This document shows, piece by piece, positions 52,530-64,000 of a stretch of 64,000 bases of DNA. This DNA comes from Octopus vulgaris (Eukaryota): the NCBI GenBank assembly GCA_951406725.2, contig OX597835.1, positions 37,324,001 to 37,388,000 of the forward strand. The letters run 5' to 3'. The translations under genes were made by a program, and so were the position numbers. The notes beneath the pieces were generated by a model that was given only the letters and a program-made list of their open reading frames with translations, searched no databases and had not been told where the DNA came from. The stretch's first letter is position 1. Each line of letters starts with the position of its first letter.

Positions 52530-53940
52530 GCCTTTCTACTATAGGCAGAAGGCCTGAAATTTTGGGGGCAGGGGAAATTGATTACATCGATCCCCAGTAC
52601 CTAACTGGTACTTATTTCATCGACCCCACAAGGGGCTAAACACAGAGAGGACAAACAAGGACAGACAAACGGATTAAGTCGATTATATCGACCCCAGTGC
52701 GTCACCGGTACTTATTTAATTGACCCCAAAATGATGAAAGGCAAAGTCGACCTGGGCGGAATTTGAACTCAGTACGTAGCGGCAGACAAAATACCTATTT
52801 CTTTACTACCCACAAGGGGCTAAACACAGAGAGGACAAACAAGGACAGACACACGGATTAAGTCGATTATATCGACCCCAGTGCGTCACTGGTACTTATT
52901 TAATTGACCCCGAAAGGATGAAAGGCAAAGTCGACCTCAGCGGAATTTGAACTCAGAACTTAGCAGCAGACGAAATACCACTAAGCATTTTGCCAGGCGT
53001 GCTAATGATTCGGCCAAGGATGATTTCATATTTTGGTATGAGGTCAGCAGTTTTGGGGGGAGGGGTAAGTCAATTAAATTTACCCCCCACCCTCACCGTA
53101 CTCAACTGATACTCATTTTATCAACCACAAGAGGATGAAACATAAAGACAACCTTGGTGGAATTTGAACTAAAAAATGTAAAAGATGGACAAAATACCAC
53201 GAAAGCATTTTGCTTCGTATGCTAATTATTCTACCAGTTCATCACCTTAACGATAATAATAATTATTGTTGTAGTGCACCTGAGCATTTTTTGACAATAA
53301 GTTCATACACTTATGTAATAATGATAATGATTTTATATTTTAGTAGAATTTTGGGGAAGTGGTAAATCAATTGATTGACCCTTGGGTTCAGCTCTGAAAG
53401 GATAAAAGGTGAAGTTGACCCAGGTGGGATTTGAACTCAGAATATGAAAATGTATGAAATGCCACTAAGGATTTTACCCACTGTGCTAAGGACTCTGCCA
53501 GCTCACAAACATAATAATATATTTCTTTACTGCCCACAAGGGGCTAAACATAGAGGGGACAAACAAGGACAGACGAAGGGATTAAGTCGATTATATCGCC
53601 CCCCCCCCCCCCAGTGCGAAACTGGTACTTTATTTATCGACCCCGAAAGGATGAAAGGCAAAGTTGACCTCGGCGGAATTTGAACTCAGAACGTAACGAC
53701 AGACGAAATACCGCTAAGCATTTCGCCCAGTGCGCTAAAGTGTCTGCCAGCTCGCCAATAATAGTAATGATTTCGGACTTTGGCACAAGGCCAGCAATTT
53801 CGGGGGGGTGGAGGTAGTAATTTGATTACACTGACCCCAGCAATCTTGACAGGTTTTGAACTCAGAACAAAAAAGACGAATGAAATACTGCTAAGCATTT
53901 CACCTGACATGCTAACAATTCTGCCAGCTTCCCACCTTAA
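52530..53940 (-). mobile_element. Cluster of at least six full or partial SINE family B copies
   Basis: Repeated GATGAAAGGCAAAGTCGACCTCGGCGGAATTTGAACTCAG. Includes a ~186-bp tandem duplication (52625-52810 / 52811-52975). Confidence 0.85.
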
Positions 53941-53959
53941 ATAATAATGATAATAATAA

Positions 53960-54997
53960 GTGAATATTAAAAGGGGTATCTTCCAAGGTGACTTGTTTTC
54001 TCTGTTACTATTTGTAATTGCACTAATACCCTTACAATGACACTTAGGAAAGCTAAAATGAGTTACCAATGTGGGAAGAAAGGCCCCTTATTGAACCATC
54101 TTCTGTTTATGGATGGCCTGAAATTGTTTGGGAAATCTGAAAAACAGATAGATTCCTTAACCAAAACAGTACAGAAGTGTGGTAGGGACATCAGTATGGA
54201 ATTTGGGATTACCAAATGCTCAGTACTTAATATGAAGAGAGGGAAGAAAGCAGCCTGCAGAGGATTGCGGTTACCATCAAGAGAGAGACCATGAGTGAAC
54301 CCGATGGTAGTGGATATAGATATTTAGGGATTTTGGAGCTGATTGATATTCTACACAGAGAAATGAAAGTCAAGGTCAGCGGGGCGTATCAAATAAGGGT
54401 GAAGATGGTTGAAATCCAACCTGAATGTCAAAAATTTGATTACTGCAATGAATATCTAGGCAGTTATGGTGGTCAGATATAGTACGTCCATCCTCAAATG
54501 GACTAAGGAGGAAATATCAACACTGGGTAGGACGAGAAAGTTGATGATGCTGCATGGGGTACTACACCCTAAAGCAAACGTAAACAGACTGTATATGAAG
54601 GGAAAGATTGATGGCAGAGGACTAATTAGTGTAGACCATTGTATAGGAAGTGAAAAGAGAACACTTGCCAAGTATTTGGTGATGAAGATCTGCTGCAATT
54701 TGCCGGGAAAGATATGGGTGTAAATGCAGATGAAATGATGGGCAACAAATAGTTTAACCAAAGAGCTGAGGAGAAGAGAAAAGAAGACCTTCTTGAAATG
54801 AGAACTCAAGGACAGTTTGAAAGGAATACACAGGAAGTTAAGGATAGTATAGCATCGTGGGCATGGCTTGAGCAAGGTGATTAGAAGCATACCACCGAAA
54901 GCCTGATCATTGCTGCACAAGACCAAGCCCTTGCTACCAATTCAGGGAAGTATAACATCTATAAAACTTCTGACACACAGAAATGCAGACTCTGCAT
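53960..54997 (+). mobile_element. R4/Dong-like LINE RT fragment (frameshifted)
   Basis: RGIFQGD...LLFVIALIPL, NHLLFMDGLKLF, YRYLGILE, LHPKANVNRLY...GRGL, IIAAQDQAL...CRLC. Confidence 0.88.
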
Positions 54998-55009
54998 TTA
55001 TATATAGTG

Positions 55010-55330
55010 AAAGCACATGGCTTAGTGGTTAGTGCAATCACTTCATCATCGTATGGTCGCGAGTTCAATTCCCGGTGACGGATTGTGCCCTTGAGCAAGA
55101 CATTTTATTTTCACATTGCTCCAGTCCACTCAGCTGCCAAAAATGAGTTGTACCTGTATTTCAAAAGGCCCAGCCTTGTCACAATTGTGTCATGCTGAAT
55201 CTCCCTGAGAACTATGTTAAGGGTACACATGTCTGTGGAGTGCTCAGCCACTTGCACATTAATTTCATGAGTAGGCTGTTCTGCTGATCGTATCAACTGG
55301 AGCCCCCGTTGTCGTAACCGATAGAGTTCT
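55010..55330 (+). mobile_element. tRNA-derived SINE (E-like head, alternative 3' part)
   Basis: TGGCTTAGTGG...GAGTTCAATTCC boxes. Confidence 0.75.
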
Positions 55331-56511
55331 CCTTTATATACATATATATTCACCTATATATATATTTATACATATATATATATATATATATACAAACACA
55401 TATATATAGATAAAAATATACATATGTGTATATATATATATGTGTGTGCATATATATATATATGTATGTGTGTGTATATGTATATATACATGTATGCATG
55501 TATATATGTCTGTATGTATATATATATATATATATGAATGTATATATATGTGTGTGTGTGTGTGTGTATATATATATGTCTATGTGTGTATATATATATA
55601 TATAGATAGATAGATAGATAGATATATGTATTTATGCATATATGTGTGTATTTATATATATATATATAGATAGATATATGTATGTATGTATAAATATATA
55701 AATATAAATGTATGTATATATGTGTGTATATATATATACACACAGACACGTGTTTATATTCAGAAGTTTGCATATGAATGACTGCACACGGTGTGTTTTT
55801 ACAAACTCCTCACTTATCTTTCTCATTTGTTATACAATACTTAAGCAAAACGCATTAAGATGCGAGACAAACTTTCGTAGCAAGATGATATTTATCGCAT
55901 AAACATCCATCTGCAACCACACCAAAACCACACCACACCACACTGCTCCGTACAGAACCACACCTCCCTTTGGTGCTGTGCATGTTGTTACCGTGTGTGT
56001 TTGATAGACAGTTAGAAATCTGAGAATTATCCCAAATATCTTCCTTGCTTTTCAATTTCAAACTAGAATTAAGCAATATGATGTGAAGCGTTATCTCTTA
56101 AAGATGTTGCAATTGATTGTGCAATGCTTGCAGGCGCTGTTATACATGCAAGTTGTTTGTGTCTTGACTGCATCCATCTGCAAATCTGAAACTTTTACTG
56201 ATCATTAGAAAAGATGTGCGTTGTGTGTGTGCATATGTGTGTGCATGGGCATGCATGTCTGCATGTACATATATATATATTTAGGTAGATGTATATGTAT
56301 TAAATATATATATGTATGCATGTATACACATTTTTATAATTATTTATAACTGTGTATATATATATATATATAAGTATGGATGTGTGTGTGTGTATATACA
56401 CATTAGTATATGTATATGCATTCCATATGTGTATATGTATTGAATTTATATTATATGCACTTATAAATGTTTATATATATAAATATATGTGTGTGTGTAC
56501 ATATATATGTT

Positions 56512-56561
<50 letters not shown>

Positions 56562-56697
56562 CACACATATATATATATAACACCACACATCCTTTTCCAT
56601 GTAAGTTTTATCTACATATATATATATATATATATATATGCATATGTTTATGGATATATACATGCTGATATGTATATATCAATCTATATATATGAGG

Positions 56698-56733
<36 letters not shown>

Positions 56734-57687
56734 GCATGCACATATACGTACACACACACACATATGCACGCACACACGCACAAACATATATATATATATA
56801 TACATACACACATACATTGTACATGTAATTATAGTTGCTAGATAGTAATTTAATCTTCTTTCGCAGCTGTGTCTACATGAGCAATGAGCATTACAATTAA
56901 ATCCATATGCGCCTCAGTTCACCTAAGACTGCAGGGCGATGGTGCAAATGGGGATGTTATTTTGTCTTTTCATTCACTCCCCAAACGACACCGAATACAC
57001 GCTAATGACCCTGAAATCTTCCTCGGGTCTTTACAACACAGACTTGTACGTGCACATACACACGTACATATATTTATACATATATACACACACACATTTA
57101 CAAGAGTATTCACATTAAGATATTCACAGATGCAAATATATGTGTTTGCGTGCGTAGAGGTTGATGTGTGTATATGTTTTATATAACAAGTTTGAAATAA
57201 AATAAGAAAAAAACTGTTCTCTAAAGTTATACGCTTAGCTAAGCCATCATTTGCAAGCGATTATGCTCCGATGGTTTGTACTAAGCTGTCTTTAATTGTT
57301 CTAGGTGCCTAGACAAAGAAACCCTCTTGATTCCCCTATCTTTGGCTTAATAGAACATCGTATCTGATGCCTCTAGGGAGGGAAACCTCTATTGGCAGTC
57401 AGTTGGTACACATTTACAGCTTAGTAGGCTGAGGCAATGTGAAATAACTTTGGACACAAACTGCCAGTCTATCCACATACTGAATATCTGACCTTCTAAT
57501 CATGAATGCAGCATCTGATATATATATATATATATATATATATTCTTACATGAAGTGAAATATATGTCTGGTCATTAGAGAGACCAATGGTTTTGCCTCC
57601 ATAAACTGCTTGACCATATAGAGGTTCCATCATCGGCACTGGAACATGGCTGCAGTCAAATGACTGAAACAATTAAAAGACATATAC

Positions 57688-58076
57688 TCTTTTACTTGTT
57701 TCAGTCATTTGACTGCAGCCATGCTGGAGCACCGCCTTTAGTCAAGCACATCAACCCCAGAACTTATTCTTTGTAAGCCTAGTACTTATTCTATCGGTCT
57801 CGTTTTGCCGAACCGCTAAGTTATGGGGACGTAAATACACCAGCATTGGTTGTCAAGCGATGTTGGGGGGACAAACACAGACACACAAACACACACACTC
57901 ATATACATATATACAACGGGCTTCTTTCAGTTTCCATCTACCAAATCCACTCACAAGGCTTTGGTCGGTCCGAGGCTATAGTAGAAAACACTTGCCCAAG
58001 GTGCACGCAGAGGGGCTGAACCCGCAACCATGTGGTTGGTAAGCAAGCTACTTACCACACAGCCATTCCTGCGCCT
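57688..58076 (-). mobile_element. SINE family A
   Basis: Full-length homology to 11107-11528. Confidence 0.9.
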
Positions 58077-58509
58077 ATTTAACTTCATGTAAATGCATTA
58101 CTGCTCTAAACTTTAGAGTGTGTTTCATTTTTGGATATATGTTTTACTGACGATATATATATATATATATATGCACTCATACATATACACACACATACAT
58201 ACATAGAAAGGAGAAAGCTGATTCAAAGATTGCAGATCTAAGCTATCACTGGAAGTGTAAAAATCTGTAAAACCTTCCAAAAGTTTACCATTTAAGTATA
58301 TATAAGCATGTCTATATATGCAAGTATATGCATGAGAAGATATACATAAAACAAAACATACAAATCTGCACATATACATACATAAATACCCTGTGGTTGA
58401 TATTGAAATTCCAATGAAGGAGCCTTAGATTTAGATTAGAAACCAGCTCGTCCTCTATTGGCAAGAAATCTTGAAATAAAACTGAATAACAACATACATA
58501 TTAATACGC

Positions 58510-58730
58510 ATAAATAAAAGAGGCAGGCAACAGGTTGCTTAGCCACATACCGAAAAATTAGAAATAGCAGTCAAAGACTGTTTATTTCTATTTTCTACAA
58601 ATGAAACTCCACAGAGATATGTCGTATGTGGAGTTTCATTTGTAGAAAATAGAAATAAACAGTCTTTGACTGCTATTTCTAATTTTTCGGTATGTGGCTA
58701 AGCAACCTGTTGCCTGCCTCTTTTATTTAT
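58510..58730. repeat. Essentially perfect 104-bp-arm hairpin, 13-nt loop
   Basis: 58510-58613 is the reverse complement of 58627-58730. Confidence 0.95.
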
Positions 58731-58883
58731 ATACAAAAATATATATTGAGATGTACTTGCATAGCAAGGGATTTGATCTGAGATCGTGTGCTGGAACCAA
58801 AACAATTGCAGCGTGGAAGGAGTTTGTAAGCCATTTAAGAAACACACAAAAGCCGTTCGATTCACTTCAACATTTAAGTTTAA

Positions 58884-58934
58884 TTTATCAAAATATTTTC
58901 GTCGCTATAAGACCGCGACCTGTTCACTGACAAA
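58884..58934 (-). ncRNA. Hammerhead-like motif with G3-C8 swapped core
   Basis: TTTGTCA GTGAACA G GTCGC GGTCTTATA GCGAC GAAA ATAT TT TGATAAA. Confidence 0.55.
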
Positions 58935-59339
58935 AATCCGTGCTGCATCTGAATATATATTGAACTTTTTTATAAAAGTTCCTACCATTAATGGTTATAT
59001 TTACATGTCGAAATCTACCCATAAATAATTGTTGGTTTTTTTAAAAACCATTAAAACTATTATTTACTCTTATTATATTACTTATTAATACACATACATA
59101 CATATATGCGGAGTAGATAAAACAGTGGACAACTGATGACTGTTCTTTATGTTGCCTGTCTTGTTTTTCTATTTGTTTCTTTTGTTGTTTGCAAAAAAAA
59201 GTTTGTTTTCCATGTTTTCACATTTCATGTTCTCGTTTTCCACGTTGTTTACATTTTTTTATGCCCTGCACCCATATATGCATGTGTATATACATATATA
59301 TGTAAGTATGCACATGTATATATGCATATATATATATAT

Positions 59340-59755
59340 AGGCGCAGGAAGGGTTGTGTGGTAAGTAGCTTCTTTACCAACCACATGGTTCTGGGTTCAG
59401 TCCCACTGCATGGCATCTTGGGCAAGCGTCTTCTACTATAGCCTCGGGCCAACCAAAGCCTTGTGAGTGGATTTGGTAGACGGAAACTGAAAGAAGCCCG
59501 TCGTATATATGTATATATAAATATGTATGTGCGTGTATGTTTGTGTGTCTGTGTTTGTCCCTCTAGCATTGCTTGACAACCGATGCTGGTGTGTTTATGT
59601 CCCCGTCACTTAGCGGGTCGGCAAAGGAAAACGATAGAATAAGTACTAGGCTAACGAAGAATAAGTCCCGGGGTCGAGTTGCTCGATTAAAGGCAGTGCT
59701 CCAGCATAGCCGCAGTCAAAATGACTGAAACAAGTAAAAAGAGAAAAAGAGAAAG
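59340..59755 (+). mobile_element. SINE family A
   Basis: Full head and tail. Confidence 0.9.
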
Positions 59756-59980
59756 AAAGATAGATATATCATCATCATCGTTTAACATCCGTTTTCCGCG
59801 CTGATATTATTTACATTATCATATGATTGAATGCCACACATCCATTCCCAAGTAAGTTTTACCTATCTCTCTATATAGGATAAGATCGTTAATTTAAATA
59901 TCGATCTTATCAAGTGGCCAGCATGGGAATAAAAACCTTCAAAGGTAATAATTATTTTTAAAATTATAATTTAGGGTATC

Positions 59981-60206
59981 TAAGAGATACCATCACGCTG
60001 GAAATAGCAGCCAAAACTTGACTCTAAAACCACATTAAATGTTCATACAGCACCAGGAGAGAAGACAAAAGGACAAGATGAACTAGCAACAAAAATTACT
60101 GGATAATTCCAGATTCCCGGATTTCTGACTCTGGTGCTGTATGAACATTTAATGTGGTTTTAGAGTCAAGTTTTGGTTGCTATTTCCAGCGTGGTGGTAT
60201 CTCTTA
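59981..60206. repeat. Fold-back inverted repeat, 76-bp arms, 74-bp spacer
   Basis: Arms 59981-60056 and 60131-60206 with about 2 mismatches. Contains GAAATAGCAGCCAAA. Confidence 0.92.
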
Positions 60207-60220
60207 TCTATCTATATATA

Positions 60221-60427
60221 GGGCGGCAAGCTGGGCGAAATGCGTAGCTGTATTTTGTCTGCCGTTACACTGTGAGTTCAAATTCCACCGAGGTCGACTT
60301 TGCCTTTCATCCTTTCAGGGTCGATAAATTAAGTACCAGTTATGCACTGGGTCGATATTATTGACTTAATCCCTTTGTCTGTCCTTGTTTGTCGCCTCTA
60401 TGTTTAGCCCCTTGTGGGCAATAAAGA

Positions 60428-60430
<3 letters not shown>
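60221..60430 (+). mobile_element. SINE family B
   Basis: Homology to 14001-14230. Confidence 0.85.
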
Positions 60431-60458
<28 letters not shown>

Positions 60459-60531
60459 ATATATATAGACATGCATTACAAATACATATGTATATATTAC
60501 GTTTATTATTTATACATGCATATTTTTTCAG

Positions 60532-60872
60532 TGGCATTCTGGGATGAAAATTGGTACATCAAAGGAGAATGTAGCACTAAATCATATATGGAAGAAATAA
60601 TTCTGTTGGAGATGATAGATCTTCATCCAAGTGTAAGGTGTTCCGCAATCTTTAAAGCTGCCAGCATTGGTATGCGGTATCTGGTCTCCGTCCCCCATGG
60701 AATTGGTGAAGATGTCAAATGGGTACCACATGGCTCTCATGTGGCTAATTGTGTTAAGTGTTTACCTGACAACATACTTGAGGCTTTACAGCGTATTCTG
60801 GCTGACCAAAATGAAGATGTGAAAATATCTGCTGCTCTCTCATTGTTTTGTCTTCATCAAGGAAATGAACAG
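60532..60872 (+). CDS. HEATR4: Internal exon of a HEAT-repeat protein, HEATR4-like
   Basis: Acceptor TTTTTTCAG (60530-31) and donor GTAAGA (60873) bound a 113-codon open frame. DLHPSVRCSAI...LPDNILEALQRILADQNEDVKISAALSLFCL has two HEAT-like repeats resembling HEATR4 as recalled; not database-checked. Confidence 0.75.
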
Positions 60873-60939
60873 GTAAGACTGAACTTGTAAAAAGATGCTT
60901 TTACTAATTTTTAAAAATCTTCGTTGTATGTAATTAAAA

Positions 60940-61570
60940 GGGTAAACGGTAAAGATCCCCTTCAGTCATGAATGACTATGGGATTGCACCTAGAAGGTTT
61001 CCCTCCTAGGCATAAGTTCAGGCAAGGTTGTTTATGGAAGACCAGCAGTCGTCCAGGCATACCGGTCTCCCCTCTTCACACCATTATATGTGCATAAGGT
61101 AAAGGGTAAAGACCCCACTCGTTGGACATGAACAACCATGGGATTGCACCTAGAAAGTTCCCCTCCAAGACACAAATTCAGGGAAGGTTGTTTATAGAAG
61201 ATCAGCAGTCATCCATGCATACCAGCCTCCCCTCTCCACACCATTATATATACATAGGGTAAAGAGTAAAGACCCCCTTTGGTCATGAATGACCATGGGA
61301 TTGCACCTAGAAAGTTACCCTCTGAGGTACAAGTCTGGGCAAAATTGTTTACAAAGACCAGCAGTTGCCCATGCACACCAGCTTCCCCTCCCGTACCATC
61401 AATGTTATCCAAGGGAAAGACAAAGCTCAACACAGCTTGGCACCAGTGGCATCGCAAGTCATTTTTACAGCTGAGTGAACTAGACTAACACGAAATAAAG
61501 TGTCTTGCTCAAGAACACAACATACAGCCTGGTCCAGGAATCGAACCCACTACCTCATGAATGTGAGCCA
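60940..61570 (-). mobile_element. SINE with its ~158-bp 3' segment triplicated in tandem
   Basis: Three GGTAAAG..TAAAGACCCC...GGGATTGCACCTAGAAAG units starting near 60940, 61097 and 61258. tRNA-like head at about 61500-61570. Confidence 0.8.
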
Positions 61571-62602
61571 TACATCCATGCATCTTCTCTACTAACTGCT
61601 CCTGAGATAATTGTGAGGGCGGCGTCTTCAGATTGTCCCTCCATGGGGTCCTGTCAGAAGTAGCTATCATTACACTTTCCAGATGGATACCCAAGTGTGA
61701 CCAACTGAAACTATGGTTATTGTCTACCTATCTCGTTCTTGGTTTAACCCTAGGTCTCCTGCTGGTTGGAGCACCTTGAAGAATCCTACTTACAATTCTG
61801 TCTTGTGACATTCTAATCCTATGTTCATAGTGAGCTATGACTTTTCAATGCAGAGAAACAGGGGCTGATTTGGATAGACACCCTGATCTCCAAGCCATGC
61901 ACCCTGACAAGTAATGTCACCCCAAAGATCTTTTGAAGGATCTCCATTTGAAGTACTTGTATTCACAATCATCCTCTTTTAGTTGTCACTCAACATTCAT
62001 GACTGAATAAGAACAAAATAAACTAGCAAAAAAATTACTGGATAATTCCAGATCCCGGATTTCTGGCTCTGGTGCTGTATGAACATTTAATGTGGTTTTA
62101 TTCCAACTTCCATTATATTCCTCTTGATGCCTTCTGATGCTGTCTCCAGGGACCCAACAATGATAGACACAAAAACCAAATTGAAGAACAGGTTTGGCTT
62201 TTTTACCAACCATCCAGCCTCCCACTTCCCATCACTCACGAATATGGCCCCAAAATAGTTACCATGCATTATTGCTAAGTGATTTGTCGAACAGTTGAAG
62301 TTTTATTGCTGTGAAACTTATTGAATATTTAAATTTTCATCATGTAATTTTATGAAACCTATAAAACGTTTGAATTTTTTTGAGCATGTTTTGTTGCTAT
62401 AGAACTTTCTTGTGTATTTACTGTCTTTTAAATTTTTATCTGGCATTTTATGTTGCATAACAAATTGTAAAAAAATTTTGAAACTGGTGTGTTAATCTTA
62501 GAAATTTCCCCCCAAAAAACCCAAAAAAACTAGAATTCGTTTAAAGACACAGATGCATTTTCAACTCAAAAACCATTTCTTATCTATCTACATATAACAT
62601 TA

Positions 62603-62648
<46 letters not shown>

Positions 62649-62653
62649 TATAT

Positions 62654-62694
<41 letters not shown>

Positions 62695-62747
62695 TATATA
62701 TATACACACACATATATATACACACACACACATATATACACACACAC

Positions 62748-62805
<58 letters not shown>

Positions 62806-63262
62806 ATACATATAGCTATAAATATATATTACATTTATTTAAGAAAGATACCAGAATACATTTACTTATGAAAAAATACAAACAGACAAAAAAGATACTT
62901 AAAATTATATTGCTATAGCACTATTGGACAATACAGGTCCCATCAGAAAGACTGCTTTTAAAATTGAATTTAAGATATCATACCAAAGTTTAAAAAGTAT
63001 ATTCTCAAATTAATGTCTTTCAATACCAAATGCTTAAAAATATGCTTCCCGGTGTATTTGGTTGCATTTACACACAGTCCAAGAAGTGGATAAATGAATG
63101 ACATCGTTGCAAGCTCAACTGATACTAATTAATAATCTTTCATGTTTCACTGTCTCTAATCATATCTTGTTTTAGTGCTTGAGTGTTTTTGTCTACTTTA
63201 AAAATTATTTCTCTACAAATATGTAGGTTTGCACATGTGTACGCATATGTGTACTGTGAATA

Positions 63263-63459
63263 CGTGGACCGCGTGTGTACCATTGGTGATTTTTTTTCCT
63301 CTGTCTTCCCTTCTCTGGATCTTTCCTTTTCCTATGTTTCTGACAAAGAGCTCCGCTTGAAACGTAAATCCCTCCTTCTTCCCTTCCTTGCTGAGCATCC
63401 AATAATACTATATTTGTTCCACGTCCTCGCGTTGTTGTGTTTTCATGTTTGGATTAACT
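63263..63459 (+). mobile_element. Hammerhead-bearing short element H1 copy 3 (HHR 63336-63370)
   Basis: GTTT CTGACAA A GAGC TCC GCTT GAAA CG TA AATC. Homologous to 22967-23138 and 38797-38997. Confidence 0.8.
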
Positions 63460-63466
63460 TTATATA

Positions 63467-63830
63467 CTAGCACTATGACCTAACAATGCCAGGTCATAGT
63501 GTTAGTGCATGCATATACAGCTGCGTGCATGCGCACATACACGCGAGTACTGTCCAAATCTCCAACCAATCACATACAGCTAACTGACATTCAATTGGTG
63601 TATCAAGTTTTGGGCATTTTGATTGGGTTTTGGATAGAAAATTCACAAAAAAGTCACTTCTATTGATTTTTTAATGGCTTTGCTGGGTGACTGGGGAAAT
63701 GTAAAGATGTGCACAACCACCCTTGGATAGTTTTGAATGACCATAGAAAGTGTGAGCCTTCTAACTGAAAAATTGTGGATTTTTATAAAGGGCACACACA
63801 CAGACATTTTGCCATTTATATATATAGAGA
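63467..63830 (-). mobile_element. Non-autonomous Helitron, copy 2
   Basis: Minus strand A|TC start, subterminal hairpin and CTAG|T end, no TSD. Confidence 0.8.
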
Positions 63831-64000
63831 TACATATATGTGTTTGTACATATGTGTAAACCTCTAAAATTCTAAATGCACCCTTATACACATTGTATAA
63901 TGTCTCTTACTCCCTTCTCTTCATAATTTATAAACATCTTTTTCTCCTACTCCATGTAATTTTTTCTTTTTTTGTAACCTCTAGTAAAAGTCTCATATTC

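Noticed and set aside
56867-57045. Exon-like island with TTCTTTCGCAG acceptor and GTACGT donor
   Set aside because: Stops occur in all three frames near the start, and the ATG-56884 frame ends in phase 0, incompatible with the phase-1 acceptor at 60532. Could still be non-coding or regulatory.
58393-58480. Hammerhead-like TGAAGG...GAAAC in a short repeat (inverted copy at 19418-19502)
   Set aside because: A9 is G in both copies and no stem I can be formed.

Overview
AT-rich, microsatellite-dense eukaryotic (animal) DNA. The SINE and LINE repertoire suggests an octopus or other cephalopod genome (inference). Almost the whole window looks like intronic DNA filled with transposable elements. 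The only convincing host exon is a + strand HEAT-repeat (HEATR4-like) exon at 60532-60872. A phase-compatible candidate upstream exon at 580-685 would imply a ~60-kb intron. Mobile elements include a 5'-truncated RTE LINE (one nonsense codon, PHD-like finger), many RTE 3' ends, R4/Dong-like RLE LINE fragments, a Penelope GIY-YIG fragment, three decayed mariners, other Tc1/mariner remnants, non-autonomous Helitrons, a piggyBac-like MITE and several tRNA-derived SINE families. The most interesting unexplained layer is a set of about ten short, (TA)n-associated non-coding elements carrying minimal type I hammerhead-ribozyme motifs. One has a compensatory G3-C8 core swap. Alongside these are long fold-back hairpins sharing a GAAATAGCAGYCAAA motif and a TSD-flanked ~390-bp insert beginning with an HDV-like fold. 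Nearly all ORFs in the supplied track are microsatellite artefacts. All calls were made by eye, with no database search.
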